This document shows, piece after piece, positions 45,553 through 58,080 of a stretch of DNA of 64,000 nucleotides. Origin of the DNA: Mantamonas sphyraenae STR306 (Eukaryota; Protista; CRuMs); the NCBI GenBank assembly GCA_026936335.1, contig JAPMXV010000015.1, positions 124,001 through 188,000 of the forward strand, written 5' to 3'. Both the position numbers and the translations under genes were made by a program. A model generated the notes under the pieces. It did not search any database, was not told the DNA's origin, and worked only from the letters and a program-made list of their open reading frames with translations. Each line of letters begins with the position of its first letter. Position 1 is the first letter of the stretch.

Positions 45553-46361
45553 ATGCAGAAAGCATTTGCGATTGTGATTCTGGCAATGTTGGCATGCGCC
45601 ATTGCCGTGGAAGGTACGCTGACAATGCATGTGGGGGAGAGGCTGGACTCGAAATGCGGCCGTGCGGGGCGGGGGTGTTTTGGGAGGGAAAAAATCCGAC
45701 TTTTTCGCGGCCGGGCTGGATTCGGAATGAGGCGACGTGCGCGTGCAGGAGGGGGGACTGACACACGGAATGGGGCGCATTACACGCGGGAACACACATT
45801 GGTACAGAAATCCCGGCGGTGCAAAGCAGCCAGTTGACGGTGGAGTCGTCTGTGGCCTCGGAAACGCCTGCGGAGAAAAGCAGCGTGGATGTGGCGGAGA
45901 CGTCGGCGGCCAAGGAGACCTCGGAAGAGACGGCGTCGGTCGAGGCCGATGCTGGCGAAGAGGAGGAGCACGCAGAGGAGGCAAAGGACGCAGAGGAGTC
46001 GAACGAGAGCGATGCTGAGGAGCAGGAGGGCGAGCTGGAGGCTCATGTTTGGGATGCGGAGGAAGATGTCGAGGCGGACTCTGGCGACGAGGATGTGGAG
46101 GAGGTGGACGCAGGCAACAACACGGACGAGGACGAGATGGACAAGATGGAGGCAGCCGCGGACGATGATGAGGCCGCTGTGGCTTCGTCGGACGAGTCGG
46201 AGGAAGAGGAGGGAGAAGAGGAAGAGGAGGCAGACTCGGCCTCGGATGAGGACGAGCAACAGGAGCAGGAGTTGCAGTCGGATGCGTCGGATGCGTCGGA
46301 TGACGAGGCCGACGACGATGAGGAGGCCTCCTCGGACGACGAGGACGAAGAGGACGAGTGA
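45553..46361 (+). CDS. Secreted highly acidic (D/E/A/S) protein; join(45553..45613,45808..46361), ~204 aa
   Basis: Signal peptide MQKAFAIVILAMLACAIAVE; GTACGC...CTGAC...ACAG intron is in phase with ORF 45819..46361. Confidence 0.75.
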
Positions 46362-46590
46362 GATCCTTTTTTCTCTCGCGGCAGCGTGATGCCCACGTGA
46401 GTGGTGAGCAAACGCTGGAGAATGCACTGCAAATAGTCTCTTTCCTTGGTTGGGAGTTGTTGTTTTTGGATGCGAGCCGCCGCAGCGAGGACTGTCTTGT
46501 CATTTCGGCAAATTCGCCGGAGGATGTCTCGAGTGGGGCTGCCTGCGCCGGACGATGCAACGCAAAACCTCCTCTCCCCCGCAACGAACG

Positions 46591-48755
46591 ATGGACATCG
46601 AGCAGCACTCACAGGCAGCTTCTTCTCAGGCCACTGGGCAACCTGCGTCGTCGTCGTCCACGACGGGGATGCCGGCAGCAACAGAGGCGGCAGCAGCCCC
46701 GGCAGCAGCAGCGCCGGCGGCAACGATGGAGGTGGAAACGGCGCCTGTGGCGGGCACAGGGGCAGTTGGGGCGTCTACCACGGGCGCGGCACAGAGCAAC
46801 AGTGAGCCAGGCGCGTCGGTCGCACAGGCGCACGCAAGCTCAGGCATGGGAGGAGGCCAGGGAGGCGGCGGCGAAAGCGCGGGCGCGCAGTCGCAGGCCG
46901 CAGTTTCCGGCCACGACACGGGGGTACAGAGCAGCGGGATGGATGTGGAGACGTATGGAACGAGCACAGGAAGCACAGGCGAACAGGGCGCACCCAGCGC
47001 AAATGCAGGCGAAGCGTCAGCAAGCACACAGGGCGCGGGAGAGGCGTCCACGTCTGCCGGGAGCGCGGGAGTTTGGCCGGCCGCTCCGGTTTCCTCCTCC
47101 ATGCAGGTGGACGGCAGTGATGCCGGCAGCAGCCACGCTCAGGGCAGTGCTGCAGGCCAGCAGCCGCCCAGTCAGCCGACACATGCGGTCACCAAGCAAG
47201 GTAAGGGAAAGGCTTTTCCACATGCAATTCAATTGGCGCGTCGCTCACCGCCAACGACACACCTCACAGAGCCCGAGGCGGACCAGGCTGGGCATGCGCA
47301 GGTGCAAGCCACGTCGGGGATGGACGTGGAGGACACTCAGGGAGCACAGGGCGCTCAGGTCTCGTCTGGCGCAGTCCCTGTGCAGGCGGGACAAACAACG
47401 ACGACGACGACCACGACGACGACGACATCGGCACCCGCGCAGCAGGCCACACAGGCCGCCGTTCCCATCCAGGGAAACACAGCAGGCGCAGGAGCGCCCG
47501 CAGCCTTGGGAGGAGTGCCCTACGGCTCCAACCTGGGTGCCCCGCAGAGTAGGTTGGACCCCAAAAGAGAACCTGTCAAAACGCGCGCCAAAAATGGGCG
47601 GCCTGGCAAAAGCGCGCCAAAAACTGAGCGGCAAGCACACACAGACGTGGCTGACACACACGCACACACGCGCACCACACACGCACACGCACGCACGCAC
47701 ACACACACACACACGCAGCGTCGCGAGGAGAGATTCTGCTAACGCCTGCGCAGGCCAAGGAGAAAAAGGTGGGCAAGGGGTACGTGCTGGAACCTGTGGG
47801 TGTGCAGCCTGCTGTGAAGCCCGACCCTGTGAACAACCCGGAGGAGTTTGGTCTGGGCAAGCGCAAGCGCAAGGAGAAGAACTACGCGCAGATGGCCAAG
47901 CCGCCGACGCCCAAGGTGGTGCCTCCGCCACGACGCAAATCCAGCGCCAAGAAGAGCGGCTCGCGTGCACAAGCAGGTGCAGGAGGCTGGCCGCAGTACG
48001 GCGGCGGTGACGTGCCTGCGTACCTGGGCGGACAGAACATGCTTCTGGACAGCGAAGAGTCGCGCAAACGCAAGGCGATGGACGATGCAGACCAAATTGC
48101 CAACATCCTCGACAGCGGCGACTTTGACGTCAGCGGCAGTTACGGCGGGTTTGGAGACAGCCTGGGTGGCGCAGGGCTGAGCACAGACATGTCGATGAGC
48201 ACGAGCATGGCAGCAGCACCCACGCAGCCGCCGGCCAAGAAACAGCGCAGCGCAAGCACAAAGCTGACGCCCGAGCTGACGGCCAAGGCAGCGATGGTGA
48301 CGGACAAGCTGATCCAGTCGCCGATGGCCACGGGACTCACGGCGCCAGTGAACCAGCTGTACGACATGTCGCAGATTCCGCACTACTTTGTGGTGATCAA
48401 GAAGCCCATGGATCTCGGCACAATCAGGACGCGCCTGGACGAGGGCTACTTTGACACGGTGGAAAAGTGGGCCACCGATGTGCGACTGGTGTTTGAAAAC
48501 TGCCGCACCTTTAACGAAGACAACTCGCCGCTGTGGGTCAACGCAACCACGCTGCTGAACGACTTCAACGCAACCGTGACGGCCGAATTTCCCAAGCCCG
48601 GTTCCGGAGGCAGCAGCTCCAAGCGCAGCAAGCGCACAGGCTCCAAGGACAAGTCCAAGAAGGAGCGCAAGCCGCGCAAGAAGAAGAACACAGACGACAG
48701 CATGTCGGTGGACGGTTCGTCGAGCGGCAACAACAACAACAACAACAACAGCAAT

Positions 48756-48786
<31 letters not shown>

Positions 48787-51047
48787 GCAACAACAACAAC
48801 GGCGGAGGAGGTGTGGACGTGTCTATGGTGCAGCAGCTGCAAAACAGCATCATGCAGCTCCAGCAACAGGTTATCCAACTGTCGCAGGAGAAGAGCACCA
48901 TGCAGCAGCAGATCCTGCAGATGCAGCACGCGGCTGTGGTACAGCACCAACAGGCGGCGCAGCAACAGCAAGGCGGAGCACAGGGAGGGTATGGCATGGC
49001 ACCGTACAACATGTACGGCATGCCTCCAGGCATGCCTATGGCGGGCATGGGCATGCAGCAGGGTGCAGGTATGCAGCAGCAGGGCATGGGTGGAGTTGAT
49101 GCAGGCGACAACAGCAACGCCTCGACAGGCTCTGCAGGCCGTACCTCAAAGAGCGGACGCAACACAGGCCGTCGCAAGACGACCACGTCGCGCAGCACCG
49201 GCAGCACGGGCGGCGGACGCAAGAAGAACACAACCGCTGCGTCGCGCAAGAAGAACACGACAACACGCAAGCGCGCAGCGCCGCGCTCGCGCACTCCCAA
49301 GGCCAAGGAAATGACGTACGAGGAGAAGCACCAGCTGGGCGCCAATATCAACCGGCTGCCCGGCACGTCGCTGCCTGCGCTGCTGACAATCATCAGCAAG
49401 CGCGTGGGTGTGGACAAGAAGGAGGGCGAGATTGAGATTGACATCGATGCCCTGGACGCAGCCACCCTGCGGGAGATTGAAAAGTACGTCAACTCGGAAT
49501 TGGCAGAAGTGGACAAGTCGCAGATGAACGCCATGATCCAACAGGCAGGCGCAGGCGGAGGGGATGCCATGCAGACGGAGGGTGTGTCAGACGCAGCCAT
49601 GGCAGCGGCGGCAGCGGCCGAGAGCCAGATGGCAGCGGCCGAGGCGGCTGCACACATGGAAACGGAGGACCAGAGCCAGCGCAGCGCAGGCACAGGCAGC
49701 GATGCAAACAAGAACGAGTCGGCCAAGGCAGCGAGCGCAGCAGTGGCAGCGGCAGCGGCAGCGGCAGCCGCCAAGGACGACGACGACGACGACAGCGACT
49801 CGGACAGCTCGTCAGACAGTTCCTCTTCGGACAGCGACACAGGAAAGGTATGATGACGACGACGTTGATGATGTTCCAGAGAGGAGTCCATCACGTGAGG
49901 GGTTCTTGTGTGCAGAGGCAGGCGTACGCAAAGGGCGACCCGTCCTGGCCTCCTCTTCACTCTCACTCTCACTCCAGCTGTCTCGCTCTCTTGCTTGCTT
50001 GCTCTCTCTTGCGCGCACACAGTGTGCGCTATGCCGTGTGTGCATGCATGGAGAGCCAGCAGGGGGGAGGGAAAGACGCGAGGTGCCGCTGTGCGGGAGA
50101 GTGAGGGTGGAGGGTCGTGTGCATGGCGAACGGGGGAAGGGAATGGGAATGACGGGGGGAGGAAGCGGAGGAACGGGCGTGGGGATTGGGCAAAGCTACC
50201 GAGCATGGGGGAAGCAGGTCGAGATGGGTGCGGTGTGGAAGTGGTGGTGGGGTGGTTTCTTCTTAATTTCTGAAAGGCAACAACCACAACCGCCCCGACA
50301 CTCCTCATCTCGTTCATGTTCTCACTTCCTCCGTGCTTGCTGGCTGGTCCATCCCCGCCTCCCCTCCTTTTCCTGCGCCGTCTTTTCCCTGCGCACGCTG
50401 AAATCCGAGGCAGGACGATTCCCCCGCTCACACACCCCCACACCCCCACACCTACCTCTCAATCCCACACAATGCAACAGGCGACCAGCAACGCACCGAC
50501 CATCCTGCCGCGGGACCCGTCGATGGTGTTTGACCAGGAGGTGGAGGTGAAGGAGTCGTGGGCGTTTGCGGCGGAGGAGGAAAAGAGCACGGATACGCCG
50601 GCGGACGACGACAAGCCGAACAAAGATGATCCGGCTTGGTCGACTTACCAGAACAAGAACCTGTTGAACCAGCAGCGTCAGAAGGAACGCGAGGAACAGG
50701 AGCAGAAGATGAAGGAGGAAAAGGCACGCCGCGAGGCGGAACTCGCCGAGAAGGAAGCCAAGCGTCGCCAGGAACTGGCAGAGGCCGAAGAGAAGCGTAA
50801 GGAACAGGAGCGACTGGATGCCGAGCGCAGGGAGCGGGAGATTGAGGAGCGACGCGAGAAGGAAAGGCAGGAACGTGAGCAGCAGGCCGGAGAGATCGAC
50901 CTCAACGAGGAACGCAATCTCATGGCTTCGTTTGAGAGTGGAGGTGGCGTGGGTGACACGGACATGTCCGACTTTGACGGGTTTGGCTCGGGAGGTTTTG
51001 ACGTGGACATGCTGCGCGAGGCAATGGGCAACAATGATGACGAGTGA
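46591..51047 (+). CDS. BET-family protein (one bromodomain + ET + BRD4-like C-terminal motif); join(46591..47200,47270..47548,47719..49847,50481..51047)
   Basis: YFVVIKKPMDLGTI...DVRLVFENCRTFN (bromodomain); MTYEEKHQL...EIEIDIDAL (ET); final exon ...REQQAGEIDLNEERNLMASFE resembles the BRD4 CTM. Confidence 0.87.
48729..48800 (+). repeat. (AAC)n coding microsatellite, poly-Asn in the BET protein
   Basis: Seen directly. Confidence 0.9.
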
Positions 51048-51132
51048 TGGAGTGATGGAAAGGAGGGACACGCACACATGCGCGCATACAATGCTGGATT
51101 AGCAGTACACGAGAACAAACGCAAATGCTACT

Positions 51133-51706
51133 TTATGCCCTCGTTCCTTGATGTGTGTGGTCAGCCGTGTATGTGTGTGGTTCGCCGCGTTCCAGCACAA
51201 CCACCGCAAATGCGTCTCGATCGTGCGCAATGCTTACGTGCACATGCACAATGCCTTCCTGTTGCAGCCGTTGCTGCACCCGACCGTATTGGTAGAGGTA
51301 CGGCTCGCCGTGTGGACCTGTGAGGGTACAGATCTCTGGGTGGCGCACACGCAGACGCCGTATTGCTTTGTACATGCTCTCCTTGACCGCAAAACTGTGT
51401 GCATACCGCACAGACATGCGTCAGTATGCGAAATGGCTCACGACCGCTCATCTGAGCTCGGCCCCTGCGGCAACCTACCGCCCGGCAAGGTACTCTTCGC
51501 CCCGACGACCGTGTCTGGCTGCCAGTTCGTCGTATCGTTCGATCTCCTGTGGATGAAACACACGTGAGAGGAAGCGTGTGCCGTAGCGGTGCACCAGACC
51601 CGCCACCCTTTTCACCTGCACCACGTCTGACCCCAAACCTGCGATGCCCATCCCATTGTTGGTTCCATCGGCGCCTGCCCAAACATACACCTTTCACTTG
51701 GCGCAT
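51133..51706 (-). CDS. acpS: AcpS-type 4'-phosphopantetheinyl transferase; complement(join(51133..51394,51479..51638,51691..51706)); alternative start at 51651
   Basis: GLGSDVV..R...YGTRFLSRVF...EYLAGR|FAVKESMYKA...GEP...VHVSIAHD motifs across an 84-nt intron. Confidence 0.88.
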
Positions 51707-51742
51707 CTCTTTCTCTGCTGGTGTGCAATCATCTCCACAGGC

Positions 51743-52273
51743 ATGTTTCACGTCGTTTCACAAGCACCCGGCCCCAGGGGCCTGCAGCAGCTGCCACCGG
51801 GCGCTCCGCCGGCCCTGCATCCACTCATGGCGCCCCTGCTGCTCGGTATCGAGGTGAACCCCCGTGCACACGAACAAAAACATGACAGTGACCACGTTGA
51901 GCTGCCAGCCGTACGCGTGCTGACGCCGTCTGCCAGGATGGTGCACATTTCAAGCAAACTCGCCTTGTTCCTGACAGTGCACGCTTGGACGCACACTTCC
52001 TTCTGTATGACCCCATGGCCCCAAAACGGCACGACTACACACTCGGTGCATGTTGTTTTCATTCCTTCGCCCCTTGCAGGCATACGCACCTCCATGTACA
52101 CTCGTCCCTTGACCAGCGGCTGCGTCGACGTGCTGCTTGCCGTGTATGCGCACAAAGAAGCACACACGCAAGAGCTGTCTGCTGTGGCAGGCATTGTACG
52201 CATCGGTCTGCGCCCACGGCTTATTTCTTCTTCTTCTTCTCCGGGTGGGCAAGAATGTGCACGGCAAAGTTAA
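51743..52273 (+). CDS. Possible small hypothetical protein; join(51743..52004,52080..52273)
   Basis: Open frame with an in-frame GTATGA...CCCCTTGCAG intron candidate; it fills an otherwise long gap and overlaps the PI3K 3' end. Confidence 0.3.
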   Translation: MFHVVSQAPGPRGLQQLPPGAPPALHPLMAPLLLGIEVNPRAHEQKHDSDHVELPAVRVLTPSARMVHISSKLALFLTVHAWTHTSFCMTPWPQNGTTTHSVHVVFIPSPLAGIRTSMYTRPLTSGCVDVLLAVYAHKEAHTQELSAVAGIVRIGLRPRLISSSSSPGGQECARQS

Positions 52274-55200
52274 TCTGGGTGGCCTTTGTGTCCAGCGACT
52301 CAAAGATGAGGGTGCGGAACATGTCCACAGCCTCTTCTTCGCTCACCTCGAGGGCAAACGCGTCGCGGAGGTAGTCGATGTCGTCGGCGGTCTGCAGCTC
52401 GGGAATGCCTGTGCTGAGCATCATGGCAAACAAGTTGATAAACAGCTGGGCATGCGAGCGCAGGATGGCGTACGCTTTGCACGCCGTGGACACAAATTTC
52501 ATGAACGTCGGGCTCTCGCGGCCGCCCATGACGTAGGCAAACTCGGGCGTGAGCACAAAGGGGGCCTTTTCGCGTTTGTAGATCCAGAACGTTTTGAAAT
52601 TGCCCAGGAAGTGGCCAAAGTCGATGTGGAAGAGGTGACCCAGGCGCGTGATCATGATGTTGTCGTTGTGCCTGTCGCCAATGCCCAGCACGTACGTGGC
52701 GACACAGTAGCCGGCCAGACTCAGGGTGAACGAGTTGACAGCCTTCATGTACGCGTCGTCACTGGGGTTGTTCTCACGTAGCCACTGAGCCAGCGGCGTG
52801 GACTTGAATGCCGCCGTTGCGCCGCCGGCTGCCTTTTGGATGTTGGAAATCGTGTCCGAGTTCTCCACCACCTCGATGAAGCCGATTTCGTCGCCCGTTG
52901 CCACGCAGCCGTAGGGGCTGAGCTGCAGGTCAAGACCCTCGTTCTTCCAAATGTCGTCCATGATGTTGAGCATCTGCAGGGTGAGCAGATCCTGGCGCAG
53001 GTCGTCGCCGCTCTTGAAGAGCACGCGGATCGGCGAGCCGTTCTCGTCGGCGTTCTTGAACACCAACCACAGCGGCTTTTTGGCACTGTCCATGATCTTT
53101 GTCTTTTCCACCAGCAAGCCACTGCACACCATGGACGGATTGAGCGGGATCTGGAAGCGAGGAGGAAACGTGATTTTCTGCAGCTCGGCCTGCAGCACGG
53201 GCATGCGTTCATCCTTGGGCGCTGCCTTCATGGCAGTGGCTGCGTAATGCAGGCGCTTGCACAGCTCGTTCTGTTGGATGAGCTGTGCCCTGTGCTCCCC
53301 ACAGCCTCGCAGGTAGGCCTCGAGCAGAAGGCCATACCGTTCGCTGATTTCCGGTACATGCATCTCCGACTGCAGGTGCCAAAACAGTCGCTGACCAATC
53401 TTCATGCGGTTTTGCAGAGCGCGCCTCAGCAGGAAGCAGGCAAGGGCGCTGTCGTGGAAGGCCTCGTACTTGAGAGCCTGGATGAGCTGGAGCAGATAGC
53501 TGGCCAGCTCGTGGTCGGTGAGCTCCTCCAGGTACTCGACGGCATACTCGCGCACGACGCTGTCGGGAAACTTTGCGTCCAGGAGCTCCAAGGCATATTC
53601 GGGCGACGGCGGCGCCCACAGGGTGAGGAGGCGATAGGCCTCGGCCACCTCACGTGGATCCACCCAGCTGACACTGAGAAGGAACTTGGCCAGCAAGCGC
53701 GGTTCGCGTGTGTTGTAGTCGCGCGTCTCGTACAGGATGCGCTTCTGGTCGTACGAAAGGCGGTACAGCGGATCGGTGCTTGCCAGGTATTGCAGTTCCT
53801 TCTGTTCGATACGTGTGGGCGCGCGTGCGGGCTCCACCTCGAGCATGTCCTCCTCCGACAGCGTGGTGAACAGGACGGGTCGTGCAAAACGCTGGAATTC
53901 GATGTACAGCTCGGGGGGATTGCTTGTGCGCACGTTGGGCACACACGTGCCGATGGGGTTGGCCTCCTCGTCGGGCCACAGCTTGAGTGCACGCTTGCCC
54001 GTTTGCAAGTGGTGGTTGGCATCGACTAGATGGCAGTTGACCCATCCCACGGGCGTGGGCTCTTCTTTGGGCAGCTGCGAATAGACCGTGAGACAGATGC
54101 GTGTGCTCTGGTGCAGGTGGCACAGCAGCTGGTAGGTGCGAATGGTTTCGTTGAAGATCACATCGGTGGCGTAGGGCACCTTGCGGGTGAACATGAGCTG
54201 GTCGATGTTCTTGCCTCCGTAGTACAATCCCATCGTCACAAACATGGACGGCGCATCCACGGGCTCATCAAAGAACGCAGGCATGTTCTTCTTCACATGC
54301 TTCTCCGCCTTGTGATGCTTGTCCTTGGCACGCGCGGCCTCGCGCTCCTTGGCACTCGGCGGCACCGTAGGCAGGTTCCACGTGCCCAGGATGGTCAGCT
54401 GGAAGAACTGCGACATGTCCAGGTTGGTGAAGTATTGCACGTCCTTGATGCGGGTGTCGTAGATGCTGGAACACTGCTCTTGCTTCTGCATCTCCATCTC
54501 TTGGGAGACTGTCAGACGCAGATCCAGCTGCTGCTGCTGTTCGCGCGCGTCCGCCACCCCGTCCTCCTCCTCCATGTTGGAGGAAGACGACGAGGAGGAG
54601 GAGGAGGAGGAGGAGGAGGAAGAAGAAGAGGATGATGATCCGATGCTGGGGCGCACGGGGTTGTCAAACATGTCCACGAGGTCCGGGCGCGACCAGATAC
54701 GGTCGCCCTTGACAATGACAAGTTCGATGCGACGGCGCTTGCTGATGCACTCGCGCACGTACTCGACCTGGATGAGCTTGGGGTTGTCAAAGAGGTATTC
54801 TTCGCGGCCGTTGATCTTGAGGATGAAGTAGGAGACGTCCTCGGGATCAAAGTTGCCGTAGTACTTGTCGAGGAACTTGTGCAAGATGTCGTTGGCGCGG
54901 TCCTCCTCACCGCAGCCGATGGAGCGCTTGACGTTGCCGGCCTGGTAGATGATGCGGACGACAAAGTTTCCTGCAAGCACATCCGTGAGCGGTGCAGTGG
55001 AGATGTGTGCAGGCAGGAGGGCGGTGCGTTCCTCCTGGAAAGGTGCACAATCGGGCAAGACGTCGAGCAGGCGGTTGACAGTGCGTCGAAAGTTGCTCAT
55101 GTCGTTTTCGCCTGTGATGTCATTGCTCCAGCCGATGGGGCGGCCGATGAGGTTGCCGATTTCCAAGCCCATGAGCTTGCTCTGCTTGTCCTTGACCTTG

Positions 55201-57847
55201 CTGCTGCGCACGAGCTCAAAGCTGAGGCGGTAGTTCATGGAGGTGGAGGCGCAGTTGACGGCGTGCAGAGGCACGTGTTCCTTGTAGATGGGCGGACACT
55301 GAGCAGGCTTCAGGTACCAATCCTTCAGTGGACCCAGCTCCTGCACGAGACGCCGTTGCGACGCTGTGCCTGCACCCAGATCAGCAAACAGGTTGCGTTT
55401 GATGTCGGCCACCGTCTGGTCAAAGTTGGCGCGCATGGCAAAGTCTTTGCCTCGCGGCAACTTGACGGGAAACACCATCTCAATGGGTGTGGCCACCTTG
55501 GCCACAATGTCTGTCACTGTCAGTTTGGGTGCGTGCTGCGCCTTTTTGATGATCGCTTGCATCGATTCGTCGCCGTCGCCGTCGCCGTCGCCGTCCACGT
55601 CCATGTCAAAGTCGTCCTGGTCGTGTACAATGGCACTCAGGTCACTCAGATCGCTTGCCATGCTCGCCACGCTGCTGTTGCTGTCTGTGCGTGATGCAAG
55701 GGCGTGTGGCGCGCGGTGGCTCTTGCGCATGCTGTGACCAGAGGAGGAAGGATCGTCTCCTGACGACGATGCAGCCGAAGACGCAGCAGCGGCGGCTGCG
55801 GCTGCAGCGCTGCTTTTGCCACGCGAAGACACACCCATGGCCTTGAGCTGCAGGGGCGAGGCTCCACTGCTGGTAGAGACGGGGCGTGAGAAGCGGGCCG
55901 AGTTGCGGAGGCGCATCGAGCCTGCACGTGACCTGCGCATGGACACCTCCACACCGAGCGAGGAGATGGCACTGACGGGTGCCGGCTGCACCGTCTGTTG
56001 ATCCGCCGCAGAGGCAGGCTCGTGCTGTTGGTTGGATGTGGTCTGAGCGGCTGTGTCCGAGTCGTGGGCGTTGTTTGTGTGCAAACCGGACGGACGTGCG
56101 GGGCCGATGCGTGCCGACCGACGCTGGGCGGCAATGGACGAGCCACGTGCACGTGTACCCAGGACACCGTCATGCGGATCAAAAGACCCTAGGCCACGCT
56201 GTTGTTGTGTACGTTGCTGCTGTGCCTGGAGTGCCTGCATGCGCGCTTGCTTCTCTTTGTCTTCTTGCACCTCCAATTGGGGGATTTCCAGGTTCTTCAG
56301 GCACGATTCGACACGCAGGGCGGAAAACAGGGTTGCGTCTGCGTCGAGGGGCGCGTCGGCATCCTCGGCTGCGATGTTGCCTCCGCGCAGCGCCTGCAGC
56401 AAGGTTTCCAGATTTGCTTCCAACTGAGATTGAAACTCCGAGGCAGTTACCGCCGGGTTGTCGCAGTGGATGACCACAGAGGCGTCGCCGACGGTGACCT
56501 GGATGGGGAAAGAGCGTGTCTTTGTGCTGCTGCCACTCTCGCCGCCCTGATCGTTGTTGCTGGGCGGCGGACTGCTGCGGTCGGTCAGCGGCTCCTTGCC
56601 TTTGTTGTTGTTGCTGTTTGAAGAGGAGGGCGATTGCTGTTGCTGGTCGCCTGAGTTGTTGTCGCCGGCGCTCTGTTGCTGAGACACCATGCGGAACACT
56701 TTTGTGCTCGAGCGGTTTCTGCCCATTTCCGTGTGATTTGGGCTTTCCTTTGTCTCTGTAACTGTGGACGCGCTTGTGTGTGACGCGGCCTGTTCTGTGT
56801 GTGCCTGAGCTTCTACTTCTGCTTGGGCTTGGGGTTGGACCTGTGTTGTCGCGGTGGCGTTCGAGGCGGTTGCGTCTTCAGGTTCAATGACAATCTGAAT
56901 ACTGTCGAGGTCCGATGTGTCAACAGTGGTCGATGAGGTGGTGGTTGTGGTGGTTGTGGTGGTAGTGCCTTCGCTTGCTTCGGTTTGCGTTTGCGAGTCT
57001 GCTAGGGCAACGACGGATGTTGTGGTGTGTGAGAAGGGGTGGTTTTCGCTGCTGTTGAGGTCGTTCTTGTCGACGGTGTGTCGCTTGGGGATGGAGTTTG
57101 TGTTGGCTGGGCTGAGCGACTGAAAAGTGCTGGCAAATGCGTTCTGTCGTGTGGTGGAGGAACGTGCGGCACCAAAGACGCTTGCTTTGCGAAGGCTGCG
57201 GAGCTTCTGCTTGGCTCGTGCAAACTTCTTCTTGCTGGTGATGCTCAGGGGCTGGCGAACAAGGAGCTGGACTGTGTCCTGCTGTTCGATGGCTTTGCTG
57301 ATGTACGGGTGGGCTTTGCTAAACTTGATGAAATCCACCTCGAGCGCTTCGTTGCGCTGTGGGCCAATCGGTGTCAGCATCCAGTGCGGGACATATATGG
57401 GGACGCGGAGCAGATGGAAACGCACCTGGGCAAGGCACAAAGTGGCCTGCGCGCGGCTCTCTGCGTCGGGAAGGGTTGCTTTGAAAACCTGGGCCTGGGC
57501 AGGAAAAAACGCAAGGTGGGCGGAGAGGGTCAGCGCAAGGAAGGTGGACGCAAAGGAAGCACAGGGCGCACACAAGGGAACAGAACGCACCTTGACTTGA
57601 TCGACTGTGAATCGGATAGGGAATTCAAACAGAAAAGTTTCTTGAGTTTCTTCGAGAACGACCTGTGTGGAGCAAAAGGGCAGCGACGGGGAGCTTGGGT
57701 CAGCCCAAGGGGGGATTTCACCGCAGTTTGTGGGAGGGCACGGGACACGTTTTGCACACAGAGGCAGACTGTGGTGATGGTGGTGGTGGTGGTGCATGGG
57801 AAGGGCGTTGCCAGAAAACATACTTCGGTTTGGATCTTTTTGCTCAT
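52221..57847 (-). CDS. Class I phosphoinositide 3-kinase catalytic subunit; complement(join(52221..57356,57426..57494,57591..57662,57824..57847)), ~1766 aa
   Basis: Ras-binding (FILKINGREEYL), C2, helical (ALELLDAKFPD..VREYAV) and kinase (MDSAKKPLWL, FKSGDDLRQD, GIGDRHNDNIM, HIDFGHFLGNFK) domains. Confidence 0.95.
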
Positions 57848-58080
57848 GCAGCAGAGTGCAGGAGGACTTGGGATTCAAGGGGGGTCGGGAATGGGTTTGG
57901 AGACCTTGACCTGACCGAGAGAAGAGAAAGGATTGGAAACGAAAGGCGAGGCTTGCAGAGACGAACAGATGGAGCAGCCAAGCCAAAAAGGGGGGGGGGG
58001 AAGAGAAGTGTTGTGTGTTGCGCCACCAGGAAAGGATGGCGAGCGCAGCGCGGGGGGAGGCAGGGAGAGACAGGTCGACG

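Noticed and set aside
49851-49960. C/D snoRNA in the long BET intron (TGATGA motifs)
   Set aside because: No CTGA box D at a suitable distance and no terminal stem.
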